Assembly: GCA_041662625.1 (NCBI GenBank)
Contig: JBAZSB010000003.1
Span: 38,552 to 102,551 of the forward strand
DNA: 64,000 nt
Source of the DNA: Patescibacteria group bacterium
GTDB taxonomy: Bacteria; Patescibacteriota; Patescibacteriia; Buchananbacterales; UBA6539
Direction: 5' to 3'
Numbering within the stretch: position 1 is the stretch's first letter; the number at the start of each line of letters is the position of its first letter. The translations under genes and the position numbers were made by a program. The notes under the pieces are model-generated. The model ran no database searches and was not told where the DNA came from. It worked only from the letters and a program-made list of their open reading frames with translations. Shown piece after piece: positions 47,518 through 56,934 of this stretch.

Positions 47518-48591
47518 ATGGAAGCTTCACTTACTATTATTCTCAATCGTATTTTGACCGCCGCGGCTAAACGGCGGGCCTTAAACGTCCATTTGGCGGT
47601 CGGGTCTTATCCAGTTTTTCGAATTGATGATGATTTAGTTGAATTGACTGATGAAGCAGTGGTTACTTCTGATTTTATTAAAAAAATAGCTGATGATTGG
47701 TTGGATAGTGAGCAGCAGAAAAAATTGAAAGAAGAGAAAGAAATTATTTTTGTTAAAGAAATTAGTAAAAATTTTCGGGTGAAAGTCAATTTCTTTTTTC
47801 AAAAAAATCTTCTGTCAATTTCTTTGCGGTTGATTCCAGCTCGGATTCCACCTTTAGTTAGTTTAGGTTTACCCAAAGCCATTTATAGTTTAACGGATAA
47901 AAAATCAGGCCTAATTATCGTCACTGGCCCTTATGGCTCGGGTCGGACAACGACGGTGGCTTCAATGGTTGAGGAAATTAATAATAGCCGGAAAGAAAAT
48001 ATTATTACTATCGAAAAGCCAATTGAGTATATTTTTGTTAATAATAAAAGTTTAATTGAACAACGAGAAGTTGGCACTGATGTTAATTCTTTCAGCAATG
48101 CCTTGGAATATGCTCAACAAGCTGATGTTGATTTAATTGTGGTTGGCGCCACCCCTGATCCGGGAATTATTCCTTTAGTCTTAGAATTTGCTAATTCTGG
48201 TCGCTTAGCTTTTTTAGTGATGGATACGACTTCAGTCGTTCAGACAGTGGAAGAAATCTTTGCTAGCTTTAGCGGGGATGAAAAATCCCGTGGCCAGCTT
48301 TTACTTTCTGGAAGTTTGCTTGCTATTATTGCTCAACGTTTAGTGCCAAAAGCAGGGGGTGGCTTAGTTTTGGCTGCTGAAGTTTTAATGGCAACCGAGT
48401 CAGTTCGGTCCCTGATTGCCGAAAATCGGATTAAACAACTAACTACGGTGCTTCAGACTTCACGGGCCGAGGGAATGTTGAGTTTAGATCAATCACTGGC
48501 GGAATTAGTTAAATCCGGTGAAGTGTTAATCGATAAAGCAATTGAATATGCCGCTGATCCTGAAAATTTTCGGTCCAGATCAAAATCTTAG
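47518..48591 (+). CDS. pilT: PilT-like protein with degenerate ATPase motifs
   Basis: PilT-type sequence (EQREVG, AQRLVP, GMLSLDQSLAELV) but Walker A is GPYGSGRTTT, Walker B is LIVVGATPD, and the His-box is GRL...MDTTS. Confidence 0.8.
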   Translation: MEASLTIILNRILTAAAKRRALNVHLAVGSYPVFRIDDDLVELTDEAVVTSDFIKKIADDWLDSEQQKKLKEEKEIIFVKEISKNFRVKVNFFFQKNLLSISLRLIPARIPPLVSLGLPKAIYSLTDKKSGLIIVTGPYGSGRTTTVASMVEEINNSRKENIITIEKPIEYIFVNNKSLIEQREVGTDVNSFSNALEYAQQADVDLIVVGATPDPGIIPLVLEFANSGRLAFLVMDTTSVVQTVEEIFASFSGDEKSRGQLLLSGSLLAIIAQRLVPKAGGGLVLAAEVLMATESVRSLIAENRIKQLTTVLQTSRAEGMLSLDQSLAELVKSGEVLIDKAIEYAADPENFRSRSKS

Positions 48592-48628
48592 CTTCTAGAC
48601 TTAGTTACTAAAAGCCATAAGCTACTTT

Positions 48629-49834
48629 ATGCCCAATTTTCGCTATAAAGCCACTGATGAAAATAATGAAGAAGTCGAAGGAATTGTTCAAGCTGCTTCG
48701 CCGGAGGTAGCAGCGGATATTCTAACTGATCAAGAGCTGACTATCATTTCTTTGGTGGAAGAAAAGAGCAGTTTTTTGGAGCGTTCTTTAAAAATTTTAA
48801 ATCGAGTGAAAATTAGAGATTTAGTCATTTTTTCTCGTCAGTTGTCAGTAATCGTTTCCGCCACTATCCCTTTAGTCCAGGGTTTGAGGATTTTAGTGAC
48901 CCAGACTGAAAGCACGGTTCTCAAAACTATAATTTCTGAAATGGCTGATGATGTCGAAGGGGGAGCTAAACTTTCTGCTGCCTTAAACCGCCATCCCGAA
49001 GTTTTTAGTGATTTTTTCATCAATATTATTAAATCAGGAGAAACTTCCGGTAAATTAGATGAAGTTTTAAATTATTTGGCTGATCAACAGGAAAAAGATT
49101 ATGATTTAATGTCTAAGATTAAGGGGGCAATGATTTATCCGATTTTTATTTCCTCTGGTTTAGTAGTCGTCGGAGCGTTAATGATGATTTTCGTTATACC
49201 CCAGCTAACTTCCGTTCTGACAGAAACCGGAGCGGAGTTGCCCATTTCCACTAAAATTTTAATTTTTACAAGTAATTTTCTAGCAGCTTATTGGTGGTTA
49301 TTATTGATTGCTTTGGGTCTAATTTTTGGCCTAGGCAAAATGCTACTTCAAACTCAGTCAGGCCGCCACTATTTTGATGTTTTCAAATTGAAAGTTCCTA
49401 TATTTGGCAAACTTTTTCAAAAGATAATTTTGGTTAGGTTTACTCGGAGTCTTTATACTTTGACTACGGGTGGTGTCTCTTTAACTAAAAGTTTAGATAT
49501 TGTTGCCTCAGTTGTGGGTAACGATGTTTATAAAAGATTAATTAAAGAAACGGCCGCTGAAGTTGAAGACGGCAATTCAATTGCCACGGTTTTTTTACGA
49601 AGTAAAGAGATGCCGGTAATGGTTTCCCAGATGTTAAATTTAGGGGAAAAAACCGGCCGCCTTGATGACATCCTCGATAAGTTGTCTAATTTTTACAGTC
49701 GGGAAGTATCTAATATTGTGGCTAACCTAGTTTCCTTGCTTGAACCTTTGATTATGACTTTAATGGGCGTGGCAGTAGCGGTTTTGGTTTCGGCAATAAT
49801 TTTACCAATGTATAGTTTAGCTAGTAGTTTTTAA
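48629..49834 (+). CDS. pilC: Type IV pilus platform protein PilC/GspF
   Basis: FSRQLS, GETSGKLD, KIKGAMIYP, GEKTGRLD and LLEP...ILPMY motifs. Confidence 0.95.
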   Translation: MPNFRYKATDENNEEVEGIVQAASPEVAADILTDQELTIISLVEEKSSFLERSLKILNRVKIRDLVIFSRQLSVIVSATIPLVQGLRILVTQTESTVLKTIISEMADDVEGGAKLSAALNRHPEVFSDFFINIIKSGETSGKLDEVLNYLADQQEKDYDLMSKIKGAMIYPIFISSGLVVVGALMMIFVIPQLTSVLTETGAELPISTKILIFTSNFLAAYWWLLLIALGLIFGLGKMLLQTQSGRHYFDVFKLKVPIFGKLFQKIILVRFTRSLYTLTTGGVSLTKSLDIVASVVGNDVYKRLIKETAAEVEDGNSIATVFLRSKEMPVMVSQMLNLGEKTGRLDDILDKLSNFYSREVSNIVANLVSLLEPLIMTLMGVAVAVLVSAIILPMYSLASSF

Positions 49835-49857
49835 AATATTAATTAAGATAAATAAAC

Positions 49858-50292
49858 ATGCCTATGTTTAAAAAGAATAAAGGCCGAAAAGGCTTTACTC
49901 TAGTTGAACTCTTAGTCGTTGTTAGTATTATTGGGATTTTGTCGACTTTGTCAAATGTTTCCGTTAATATTGCCCGGGTCCGGGCGCGTGATGCTAAAAG
50001 AAAAGCTGACATGGCTCAGGTTAAACTTGCTTTGTATCTGTATTATGATGACAATCTTCAGTTTCCCGACGCCGATGAATTGCCGGAAAATGCCATTGCC
50101 AATTGGAATAATATTTTAGTCCCGGCTTTAAATGGTAACCCACCTGAATTTGTTTATATGGTTTTAGTCCCTAAAGATCCCCTCAACAAAACCCCTCATT
50201 TTTACGGCTATAATACCCTTAGGAATGATCAAGAGTTTGTCCTTTCTTATTATTTAGAGGATGGCGGCCCGCAAGAGTTTCATGGCTATTAA
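49858..50292 (+). CDS. Type IV pilin
   Basis: KGFTLVELLVVVSIIG prepilin motif, ARDAKRKAD, and PKDP. Confidence 0.9.
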   Translation: MPMFKKNKGRKGFTLVELLVVVSIIGILSTLSNVSVNIARVRARDAKRKADMAQVKLALYLYYDDNLQFPDADELPENAIANWNNILVPALNGNPPEFVYMVLVPKDPLNKTPHFYGYNTLRNDQEFVLSYYLEDGGPQEFHGY

Positions 50293-50293
50293 T

Positions 50294-50322
50294 TTGTTGA
50301 TTTTGTTGTTTTTTGGTATAAT
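50294..50322 (+). promoter_or_regulatory. Promoter for the 50401 pilin
   Basis: TTGTTG, 17 bp spacer, TGgTATAAT. Strong SD-like AAAGGGGGTG precedes the ATG. Confidence 0.55.
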
Positions 50323-50400
50323 ATAGAAAACTGTTGATAACTAATTAAAAAATAAAAATTCGCGTAATAACGCGATCACCAAAGGAAAGGGGGTGAAAAA

Positions 50401-50874
50401 ATGAAGAAAAAAGGTTTTACACTCATTGAGTTATTGGTGGTAATTGCCATTATCGGTTTGTTATCCACCTTAGCGGTTGTGGCTTTGAATTCTGCCCGGC
50501 AAAAAGCCCGGGATGCCAAGCGGGTGGCTGATATCAAACAGGTTCAGACCGCTTTAGAGCTCTACTTTAACGACCAGAATCGTTATCCGGGTTCGGCTGA
50601 ATCAACTGGTACGGCCTATGCCGCTATCACCAGCGCTGTTTTAGGCTCAAGCAGTTATCAATGTTTAGGTACGGTGGGTTGGGCTGCCACAGGTTGTACC
50701 GGAGCTTACATGGGGTTAGTCCCATCCAATCCGACGCCGGTTAATACTGCTGTTGCCAGCTATTATTATTCCAGTACCGCAAGTAACGGCTATTCTCTTA
50801 TTTTTGCTTTAGAAGGCCAAACTGGCGGTTTGGGCGTTGGAGCGCATACGGCGACTCAAGACGGAATTCAGTAA
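50401..50874 (+). CDS. Type IV pilin, probable major pilin
   Basis: MKKKGFTLIELLVVIAIIGLLSTLAVVALNSARQKARDAKRVAD. Has its own promoter, SD and terminator. Ser/Thr-rich head domain. Confidence 0.93.
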   Translation: MKKKGFTLIELLVVIAIIGLLSTLAVVALNSARQKARDAKRVADIKQVQTALELYFNDQNRYPGSAESTGTAYAAITSAVLGSSSYQCLGTVGWAATGCTGAYMGLVPSNPTPVNTAVASYYYSSTASNGYSLIFALEGQTGGLGVGAHTATQDGIQ

Positions 50875-50904
50875 TTTTATATAACTCGGAAGCTTCCAAA
50901 TTTC

Positions 50905-50932
50905 AACCCCGCCCTTTTTTAGGGGCGGGGTT
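50905..50932 (+). terminator. Hairpin terminator (or REP-like palindrome) after the pilin
   Basis: AACCCCGCCC...GGGCGGGGTT stem. Confidence 0.65.
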
Positions 50933-51002
50933 ATATTATAATAAGATTTCAATTTGGGTGAGTGATTTCCCTTACCTTCAGGCGATAACCGTAGCAAGTG
51001 AT

Positions 51003-51225
51003 AAATTACCAAAACAAAATTACAAATCACATGATAAAATTTTAAGCATCAAATCACAAATATCAAACAAAGTACAATGACCAAAATTACAAATTAAAAA
51101 CGGCCGAGATTGGCATTTTGGATTTTGACCCATTCGGCAAGCTCAGGGTCACCCTGAGTTTATTGAAGGGTGAAAATTGTGATTTGAGATTTGTTTGGAG
51201 CTTGTAGTTTGGAATTTGGTGCTTA
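51003..51225. repeat. Inverted degenerate heptamer arrays with a nested REP-like palindrome
   Basis: AAATTAC/AAATCAC/AAATATC units on the left and TTGTGAT/TTGAGAT/TTGGAAT units on the right. Nested palindrome CCCATTCGGCAAGCTCAGGGTCACCCTGAGTTTATTGAAGGG at 51129-51170. Confidence 0.7.
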
Positions 51226-51288
51226 TTACCCATGACTTCCAGTCGACAGTGGTTTGAAAAATAAGTAAAAAATGATATAATTTAGAAT

Positions 51289-53568
51289 ATGGATTTAGGC
51301 AAAAGCCAAAAGTTTTTTCCAGTTTTGTTTCTGCTCGGTTTAGTAATCCTATTTTTCTTTCCCTACCTGACGGGTGGAAAGATTCCTTATGCTGCTGATT
51401 TGACCGGCAGCGATTTAACCGAATTGGATTTGCCATTACGTTTTTTGGCCAAAGAATCTTTCCAGCAGGGTCAAATCCCACTTTGGACTGATTTATTATC
51501 CAATGGCTTCCCGATTTTAGCCGAAGGTCAGGCTGGCATTTTTTACCCTTTTAATTTTATTCTTTTTAATCTTTTACCTTTTAATCTTGCTGTTAATTTT
51601 ACTTTGATTCTAAATTTTTTTTTGGCTGGGCTGTTTGTTTATTTTTATTGCCGGGTTTTGAAAATTAGCCAAGTCGGTTCGATACTAGCCGCTTTAGCTT
51701 TCAGCTTTAGTGGTTTTTTTATTTTTCGCTTTAAACATTTGAATTTGATTAATGCAGCGATTTGGCTGCCCTTGGAGTTTTATTTGATTGAGAAATATTT
51801 TTTGAGTAAAAGAAGACCGTTGATTATCATTGCCTTAAGTTTGGTTTTTGCCGTTCAGTTTTTTGCCGGCCATGTCCAGATTACTTATATTTCTTTAATG
51901 AGTTGTTTTATTTATTTTACCTTTAAAGTTTGTTTTCATCGGCATGAAAAGATTCGAAAAAAAATCATAGAAGTATTTTTATTTTGGTTGATTGTCGGCT
52001 TCATTACTTTTGGTTTAAGTGCCATCCAATTTTTACCAAGTTTTGAATTTGCCAAAATTTCTGACCGCCAGAGCTGGATCAGCTATGAGAATGCCACATC
52101 ATTTCAATATCATCCGGCTAATTTATTTACTTTTGTTTCACCTTATGCTTTTGGCAATCCAGCCAAAGCCACTTATCAGCAAAACAATAGAGAATTTGGT
52201 GTTTTCTGGGAAAATAATATTTATTTTGGCATTTTGCCTTTGGTTTTTTCTCTAGTGGCAATTTTTTTCTTATTTTTTAAAAGCCGAAAAGTTAAAATTT
52301 TGACATTTCTACTATTAATATCTTTTTTCTTTATTCTGGGTGATTTCAATCCTTTCTTTGGTTTATTTTGGCAATTTATTCCTGGTTTTAAATTATTCCG
52401 GTTTCCCCAAAGATTTTTACTTTTGGCGTTGATTTCTCTAGTGACTTTAAGTGGGCTGGGATTTGATTGGTTTTGGCAGAAAGCTTTGGTCTGGCAATCC
52501 AAAATTAAGTCTGAGATTAAATCTAAATTGTTATTCAAATTTTTGTTACCATTGGTATTAATTTTAATCACAGCCATTGATTTATTTGTGGTTGCTTTTA
52601 ATTATGTTGGCACCTTGGATTATGATGCTTATTTCAATAAACCAGCCAGCGTCGAATTTTTAGAACAAGACCCTGACAACTTTAAAATTCTCAGCCTCCG
52701 CTGGATGGATTCCTGGCAGCGGCTTTATGGCCTGGCCGGTGGCTGGCAAAATAATTTATCTTTATTTATTGCCGGTAGGAATTTGCTGCCGCCAAACCTT
52801 AATGTCTTTTGGGGTATTCCAACGATTGAAGACCGCTCATTATTTGAAGGCGGCTTAGGCGGTGTTGGCCGGTTTTCTCAATACCAAAATATTCTACTGG
52901 GCATCAATCAATCTTTTGAAGATACTAAGCAGATGGCATTTACTGACCAATTTTTGAAACTTTTAGGAGTACAAAACGTTAAGTATATAATTTCCTTTTT
53001 TGATATCAAAGAAACTGATAATCTAAAAGTAAAAAAAGAAGTTAAGCTGGATTTTTTAGCACCTTTGAAGATTTATGAAAATAGTTATTATTTGCCCCCC
53101 ATATTGGCTTTTTTCAAGATTCAAAAAATTAAAAATCCAGATGATATTTTACCGGTGATTTTTAATCCGGAATTTAATCCCGCCGAAACTTTAATTTTAG
53201 AAAATGACGTTGATTATCAAAATCAGGACTCAGAAATTAAAAAGCCTGATATTCAAGTTGATTATGAGCAGGTTAATAATATTAAAATCAATGTTGATTT
53301 TCCCCAAGCCGGATTTCTGTATTTAGATCAGATTTATTTTCCGGGTTGGCAGGCAAAAATCGACGGTCAGCCGGCCGAAATTTTACGGGCCAACTATACT
53401 TTTACTGCTATTCAAGTACCAAGCGGCCAACATCAAATTGAATTTTTTTATCGGCCAGCGTCCTATTTTATTGGTAAAACCATAACTTTATTGACGTTTC
53501 TTGGCTTGTTGCTATATTTAATTTATTATTTTATCTCAAGGAAAAATGAAAAACCCCTTACCAGTTAG
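51289..53568 (+). CDS. YfhO-like GT-C membrane glycosyltransferase
   Basis: About 12 TM helices, GQIPLW...GFP...FYP, FRFPQRF, and C-terminal YFPGWQAKIDG...VPSGQHQIEFFYRP. Confidence 0.85.
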   Translation: MDLGKSQKFFPVLFLLGLVILFFFPYLTGGKIPYAADLTGSDLTELDLPLRFLAKESFQQGQIPLWTDLLSNGFPILAEGQAGIFYPFNFILFNLLPFNLAVNFTLILNFFLAGLFVYFYCRVLKISQVGSILAALAFSFSGFFIFRFKHLNLINAAIWLPLEFYLIEKYFLSKRRPLIIIALSLVFAVQFFAGHVQITYISLMSCFIYFTFKVCFHRHEKIRKKIIEVFLFWLIVGFITFGLSAIQFLPSFEFAKISDRQSWISYENATSFQYHPANLFTFVSPYAFGNPAKATYQQNNREFGVFWENNIYFGILPLVFSLVAIFFLFFKSRKVKILTFLLLISFFFILGDFNPFFGLFWQFIPGFKLFRFPQRFLLLALISLVTLSGLGFDWFWQKALVWQSKIKSEIKSKLLFKFLLPLVLILITAIDLFVVAFNYVGTLDYDAYFNKPASVEFLEQDPDNFKILSLRWMDSWQRLYGLAGGWQNNLSLFIAGRNLLPPNLNVFWGIPTIEDRSLFEGGLGGVGRFSQYQNILLGINQSFEDTKQMAFTDQFLKLLGVQNVKYIISFFDIKETDNLKVKKEVKLDFLAPLKIYENSYYLPPILAFFKIQKIKNPDDILPVIFNPEFNPAETLILENDVDYQNQDSEIKKPDIQVDYEQVNNIKINVDFPQAGFLYLDQIYFPGWQAKIDGQPAEILRANYTFTAIQVPSGQHQIEFFYRPASYFIGKTITLLTFLGLLLYLIYYFISRKNEKPLTS

Positions 53569-55372
53569 TCAATCAAGGAAAAATTTTCTTTTGGCCTGTC
53601 TAGTTTTTGTTTTAGTAATGAGTGTTTATCTTTTTACTTTGGCGCCTTCAATCACCATGGAGGATAGCTCAGAATTAATAACGGCGGCTTATACTCTAGG
53701 TATTCCTCATCCACCTGGTTTTCCCTTGTATGTTTTATTGGGTAAACTGTTTACTTTTATTCCTTTAGGTACTATTGCCTGGCGGGTTAACTTAATGTCA
53801 GCAGTGTTTGGTGCTTTAACCGTTGCTTTGCTTTTTATCATTACCAACAAAATCATCATCAATCGTTTGGTTGCTTTTAGTTTTTCTTTGTTTTTAGCCT
53901 TTAGCTCAATTTTTTGGTCCCAAAGTGTTATCGCCGAAGTCTATACCCTTAATACGTTTTTATTGACGCTTCTAGTTTTACTTTTATTGGCTTGGCAGGA
54001 AAAAAGAAAAGACGGTTTTTTGCTTTGGTTTGCCTTTTTTTATGGCTTAAGTTTGACTAATCATACGATGATGATTTTGCTTGCCCCGGTTTTTGCTCTT
54101 TATATTTTAGTTATTGACAGGAAGATAATAAAAAGATGGCCCTTAATTTTAAAGATGTTTTTGCTATTTTGTCTAGGTTTAACAGTTTATTTTTATCTTT
54201 TTTTGCGGGCTTGGCAAAGAGCGGTTTATAATTGGGGACTAATTTCTAACTGGCATCATGTTTTGGCTCATATCATGCGCCGGCAATATAGTGATTTTTC
54301 TCCTTTGACTAATGCTTATGGTAAAGTTGGTTTAGTTATTTCTTTTTTCTTTGATATTTACCAGCAGTTTTTCCTGCCGACTTTGCTTTTGGCTTTAGGC
54401 GGCGCAGTTTACCTCTACAAAAAGAATCGGAGCTTTTTCGTTTTATCAATGGGCATTTTTTTGTTCAATAGTCTTGGCATAATTTATTTAAGAAAATATG
54501 GCTGGGCTTTGGGGATTGATTATACTTATCGGGTTTATTATCTGCCAGCATTTTTAGTGTTAACAATATGGCTTTCGGCAATCGTGGCTTATCTTTATGA
54601 TTTTTTACGCCAAGCCTTCAAGGCCAAAAAAGTGATTATTTTCCGGATTGTTCAGGTACTTTTCTTTTTAGTTTTACTTTCTTTACCCGTTAGTTTTTTG
54701 GTTGCTAATTATTCAGATTGTGATTTAAGCGACTTTTGGTTTAATTACGATTACTTTAATAATTTATTGGAAAGCCTGGAGCCAAACAGCGTCTATTTTA
54801 CGGCTTACGATGGGAGCTTGCAGGGTGATACGGAACTTTTTAGTCTGATTTATTTTAAAATGGTAGAAAATGTCCGGCCTGATGTTGATGTAGTGACTGA
54901 ACAAAACTTTTTTTATAAGACGGTATTTATGCAGGTGCCAAAAGAATATTTTGCTTTAACTTTTGAGAACCGGCGCAAAGAGATTTTTAATTTACTAAGT
55001 GAAGTTAAAGATCGTCCTTTCTATACTAATTATGCGATCACCTTAGCCAATAATGATTTAGGCTGGTTTAGTTTGGCTAATGGTTATGCTTATAAAATGT
55101 ATCCCAGTTTGGAAGCAGCTAAACAAGCTAGCTTACCCTTTTATGCCCACTCCATCAGGAATTTGGATGAGGTTGACGATTATAGCGATTATCCGACTGC
55201 CGGTTTAGCGGCTCACTATTACTATAATTTGGCTGCTTACTATTTAACCCAGGGAGATAAGAATCGGTCGCAACATAATTTAATCCGGGCTTTTAATTTG
55301 GATACGGCCCCATTCAGTCATGAATATCTCCGTTTTTTGGATTATCGTGTCAATTGGTTAAGTAAGGATTAA
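53546..55372 (+). CDS. DUF2723/TMEM260-like GT-C membrane glycosyltransferase
   Basis: YLFTLAPSITMEDSSEL...LGIPHPPGFPLY, WSQSVIAEVY, LSLTNH and ENVRPDV motifs, with a C-terminal TPR-like helix. Confidence 0.88.
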   Translation: MKNPLPVSQSRKNFLLACLVFVLVMSVYLFTLAPSITMEDSSELITAAYTLGIPHPPGFPLYVLLGKLFTFIPLGTIAWRVNLMSAVFGALTVALLFIITNKIIINRLVAFSFSLFLAFSSIFWSQSVIAEVYTLNTFLLTLLVLLLLAWQEKRKDGFLLWFAFFYGLSLTNHTMMILLAPVFALYILVIDRKIIKRWPLILKMFLLFCLGLTVYFYLFLRAWQRAVYNWGLISNWHHVLAHIMRRQYSDFSPLTNAYGKVGLVISFFFDIYQQFFLPTLLLALGGAVYLYKKNRSFFVLSMGIFLFNSLGIIYLRKYGWALGIDYTYRVYYLPAFLVLTIWLSAIVAYLYDFLRQAFKAKKVIIFRIVQVLFFLVLLSLPVSFLVANYSDCDLSDFWFNYDYFNNLLESLEPNSVYFTAYDGSLQGDTELFSLIYFKMVENVRPDVDVVTEQNFFYKTVFMQVPKEYFALTFENRRKEIFNLLSEVKDRPFYTNYAITLANNDLGWFSLANGYAYKMYPSLEAAKQASLPFYAHSIRNLDEVDDYSDYPTAGLAAHYYYNLAAYYLTQGDKNRSQHNLIRAFNLDTAPFSHEYLRFLDYRVNWLSKD

Positions 55373-55411
55373 GACTCTTTCCCGCAAAAGCCTTGGCTCT
55401 TTAAAATAATG

Positions 55412-55440
55412 TTTACTAAGGTTTAATATTTTGGTATAAT
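55412..55440 (+). promoter_or_regulatory. Promoter for the 55509 pilin
   Basis: TTTACT, 17 bp spacer, TGgTATAAT. SD AAAGGAGGTG precedes the ATG. Confidence 0.6.
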
Positions 55441-55508
55441 AAAATAAAGAATAATTACTTGATATAATTAAACTAAAAACCAAAAAGACAAGGAAAGGAG
55501 GTGAAAAA

Positions 55509-56048
55509 ATGAGAAAAACGAAAGGTTTTACTCTGATTGAATTATTGGTAGTAATTGCCATTATTGGGTTACTTTCTACCTTAGCCGTCGTGGCTTTAAA
55601 TTCCGCCCGAGAAAAGGCAAGAGATGCCAAGCGGGTGGCTGATGTAAAACAAGTTCAAACTGCTTTAGAACTTTATTATAATGATGCCGAGGGTTATCCG
55701 CCGGTTGCCAATGTTGTCACATTGGGTGCTAACGGTGCTGATTGTGGTGGTGCAGATTGTTTAGTTTTATGCCATGGCACAACCGATGACGGGACTGATG
55801 GCATTGTTAGCCAATCTTCTGATTGTGATGACGGTGCTAATATTTATATGGGTTTATTGCCGGCTGCTCCGGTACCACCGGGTGAGAATTCCTATGAATA
55901 TGAATCACTTGGTGACGGTGCCGCTTGCGGTAGTAGTGGTGAACTTAGTTGTCCGACTTATGAGCTGACTTTTACTTTAGAGAAGCCAACTGGTTCTTAT
56001 ACAGGCACGGCCTGTGTCGCGACGCCTGATGGTATTACTTGCAGCTAA
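55509..56048 (+). CDS. Type IV pilin, paralog of the 50401 pilin with a Cys/Asp-rich head
   Basis: First ~58 aa are nearly identical to the 50401 pilin. The head domain has 8 Cys. Confidence 0.93.
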   Translation: MRKTKGFTLIELLVVIAIIGLLSTLAVVALNSAREKARDAKRVADVKQVQTALELYYNDAEGYPPVANVVTLGANGADCGGADCLVLCHGTTDDGTDGIVSQSSDCDDGANIYMGLLPAAPVPPGENSYEYESLGDGAACGSSGELSCPTYELTFTLEKPTGSYTGTACVATPDGITCS

Positions 56049-56081
56049 AAATCAATTTGTAAAAAATTAGTTATTATAACC

Positions 56082-56118
56082 AATAACAAAACCCCCAAAG
56101 GTGAGGGGTTTTGTTATT
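56082..56118 (+). terminator. Intrinsic terminator after the pilin
   Basis: AATAACAAAACCCC...GGGGTTTTGTTATT stem. Confidence 0.8.
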
Positions 56119-56181
56119 TATCAACTTTCAAATCTCAAAATTAGTTGCCTTATTTCGCGGCGCGGGGTAAAATTAAGATGT

Positions 56182-56931
56182 ATGGAAGCTCTATTTGTTT
56201 TATTTTTTGGTCTAGTAATTGGTAGTTTTTTAAATGTCGTAATTTGTCGTTTGGGCCATAAAAAATCATTTATTGCGGGCCGCTCGGCTTGCCCGAAGTG
56301 TCACAAAAAAATTGTTTGGTATGATAATATCCCTTTGCTTAGTTACCTGATTTTGCAGGGTCGTTGCCGTCAATGTGGCAAAAGTATTTCCTGGCAGTAC
56401 CCTAGCGTTGAATTAGCTACTGCCATAATTTTCCTTTGTCTTTTTTTAAATTTTGGTTTATCTGCCCAATTTTTTGTTGCTTTGATTTTTAGCAGTTTTT
56501 TGTTAGTGATTTTTGTTTATGATCTTAAACATTATTTAATTTTGGATCAAGTTATTATTCCGGCGGCAGTAATTGCTTTTCTGGCTAACATTTTTTTAGG
56601 CTTTAGTATTTGGAGTTTAATTATAGCCGCTTTGGTTGGCGCAGGATTTTTTGCCCTACAGTTTATCGTCTCCTCAGGGCAATGGGTCGGTGATGGTGAT
56701 ATACGTCTTGGGGCTTTGATGGGTCTAATGCTTGGTTGGCCGCTTTTACTTGTTGCTTTATTTCTAGCTTATTTGATTGGTGCAATCTTTGGCTTAATTT
56801 TGATTGCTTTAAATAAGAAAAAGATGTCTTCACAAATTCCTTTTGGTCCATTCTTGAGCGGGGCAACATTTTTGACTTTTATTTATGGCCAAGATTTATT
56901 AAATTGGTATTTTCATTTAATCTATTTTTGA
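56182..56931 (+). CDS. pilD: Prepilin peptidase
   Basis: GSFLNVVI, RSACPKC, WYDNIP, GRCRQC, YDLKH, GDGD and IPFGPFL motifs. ATG 56182 follows a TTGCCT-17-TAAAAT promoter. Confidence 0.95.
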   Translation: MEALFVLFFGLVIGSFLNVVICRLGHKKSFIAGRSACPKCHKKIVWYDNIPLLSYLILQGRCRQCGKSISWQYPSVELATAIIFLCLFLNFGLSAQFFVALIFSSFLLVIFVYDLKHYLILDQVIIPAAVIAFLANIFLGFSIWSLIIAALVGAGFFALQFIVSSGQWVGDGDIRLGALMGLMLGWPLLLVALFLAYLIGAIFGLILIALNKKKMSSQIPFGPFLSGATFLTFIYGQDLLNWYFHLIYF

Positions 56932-56934
56932 TTT

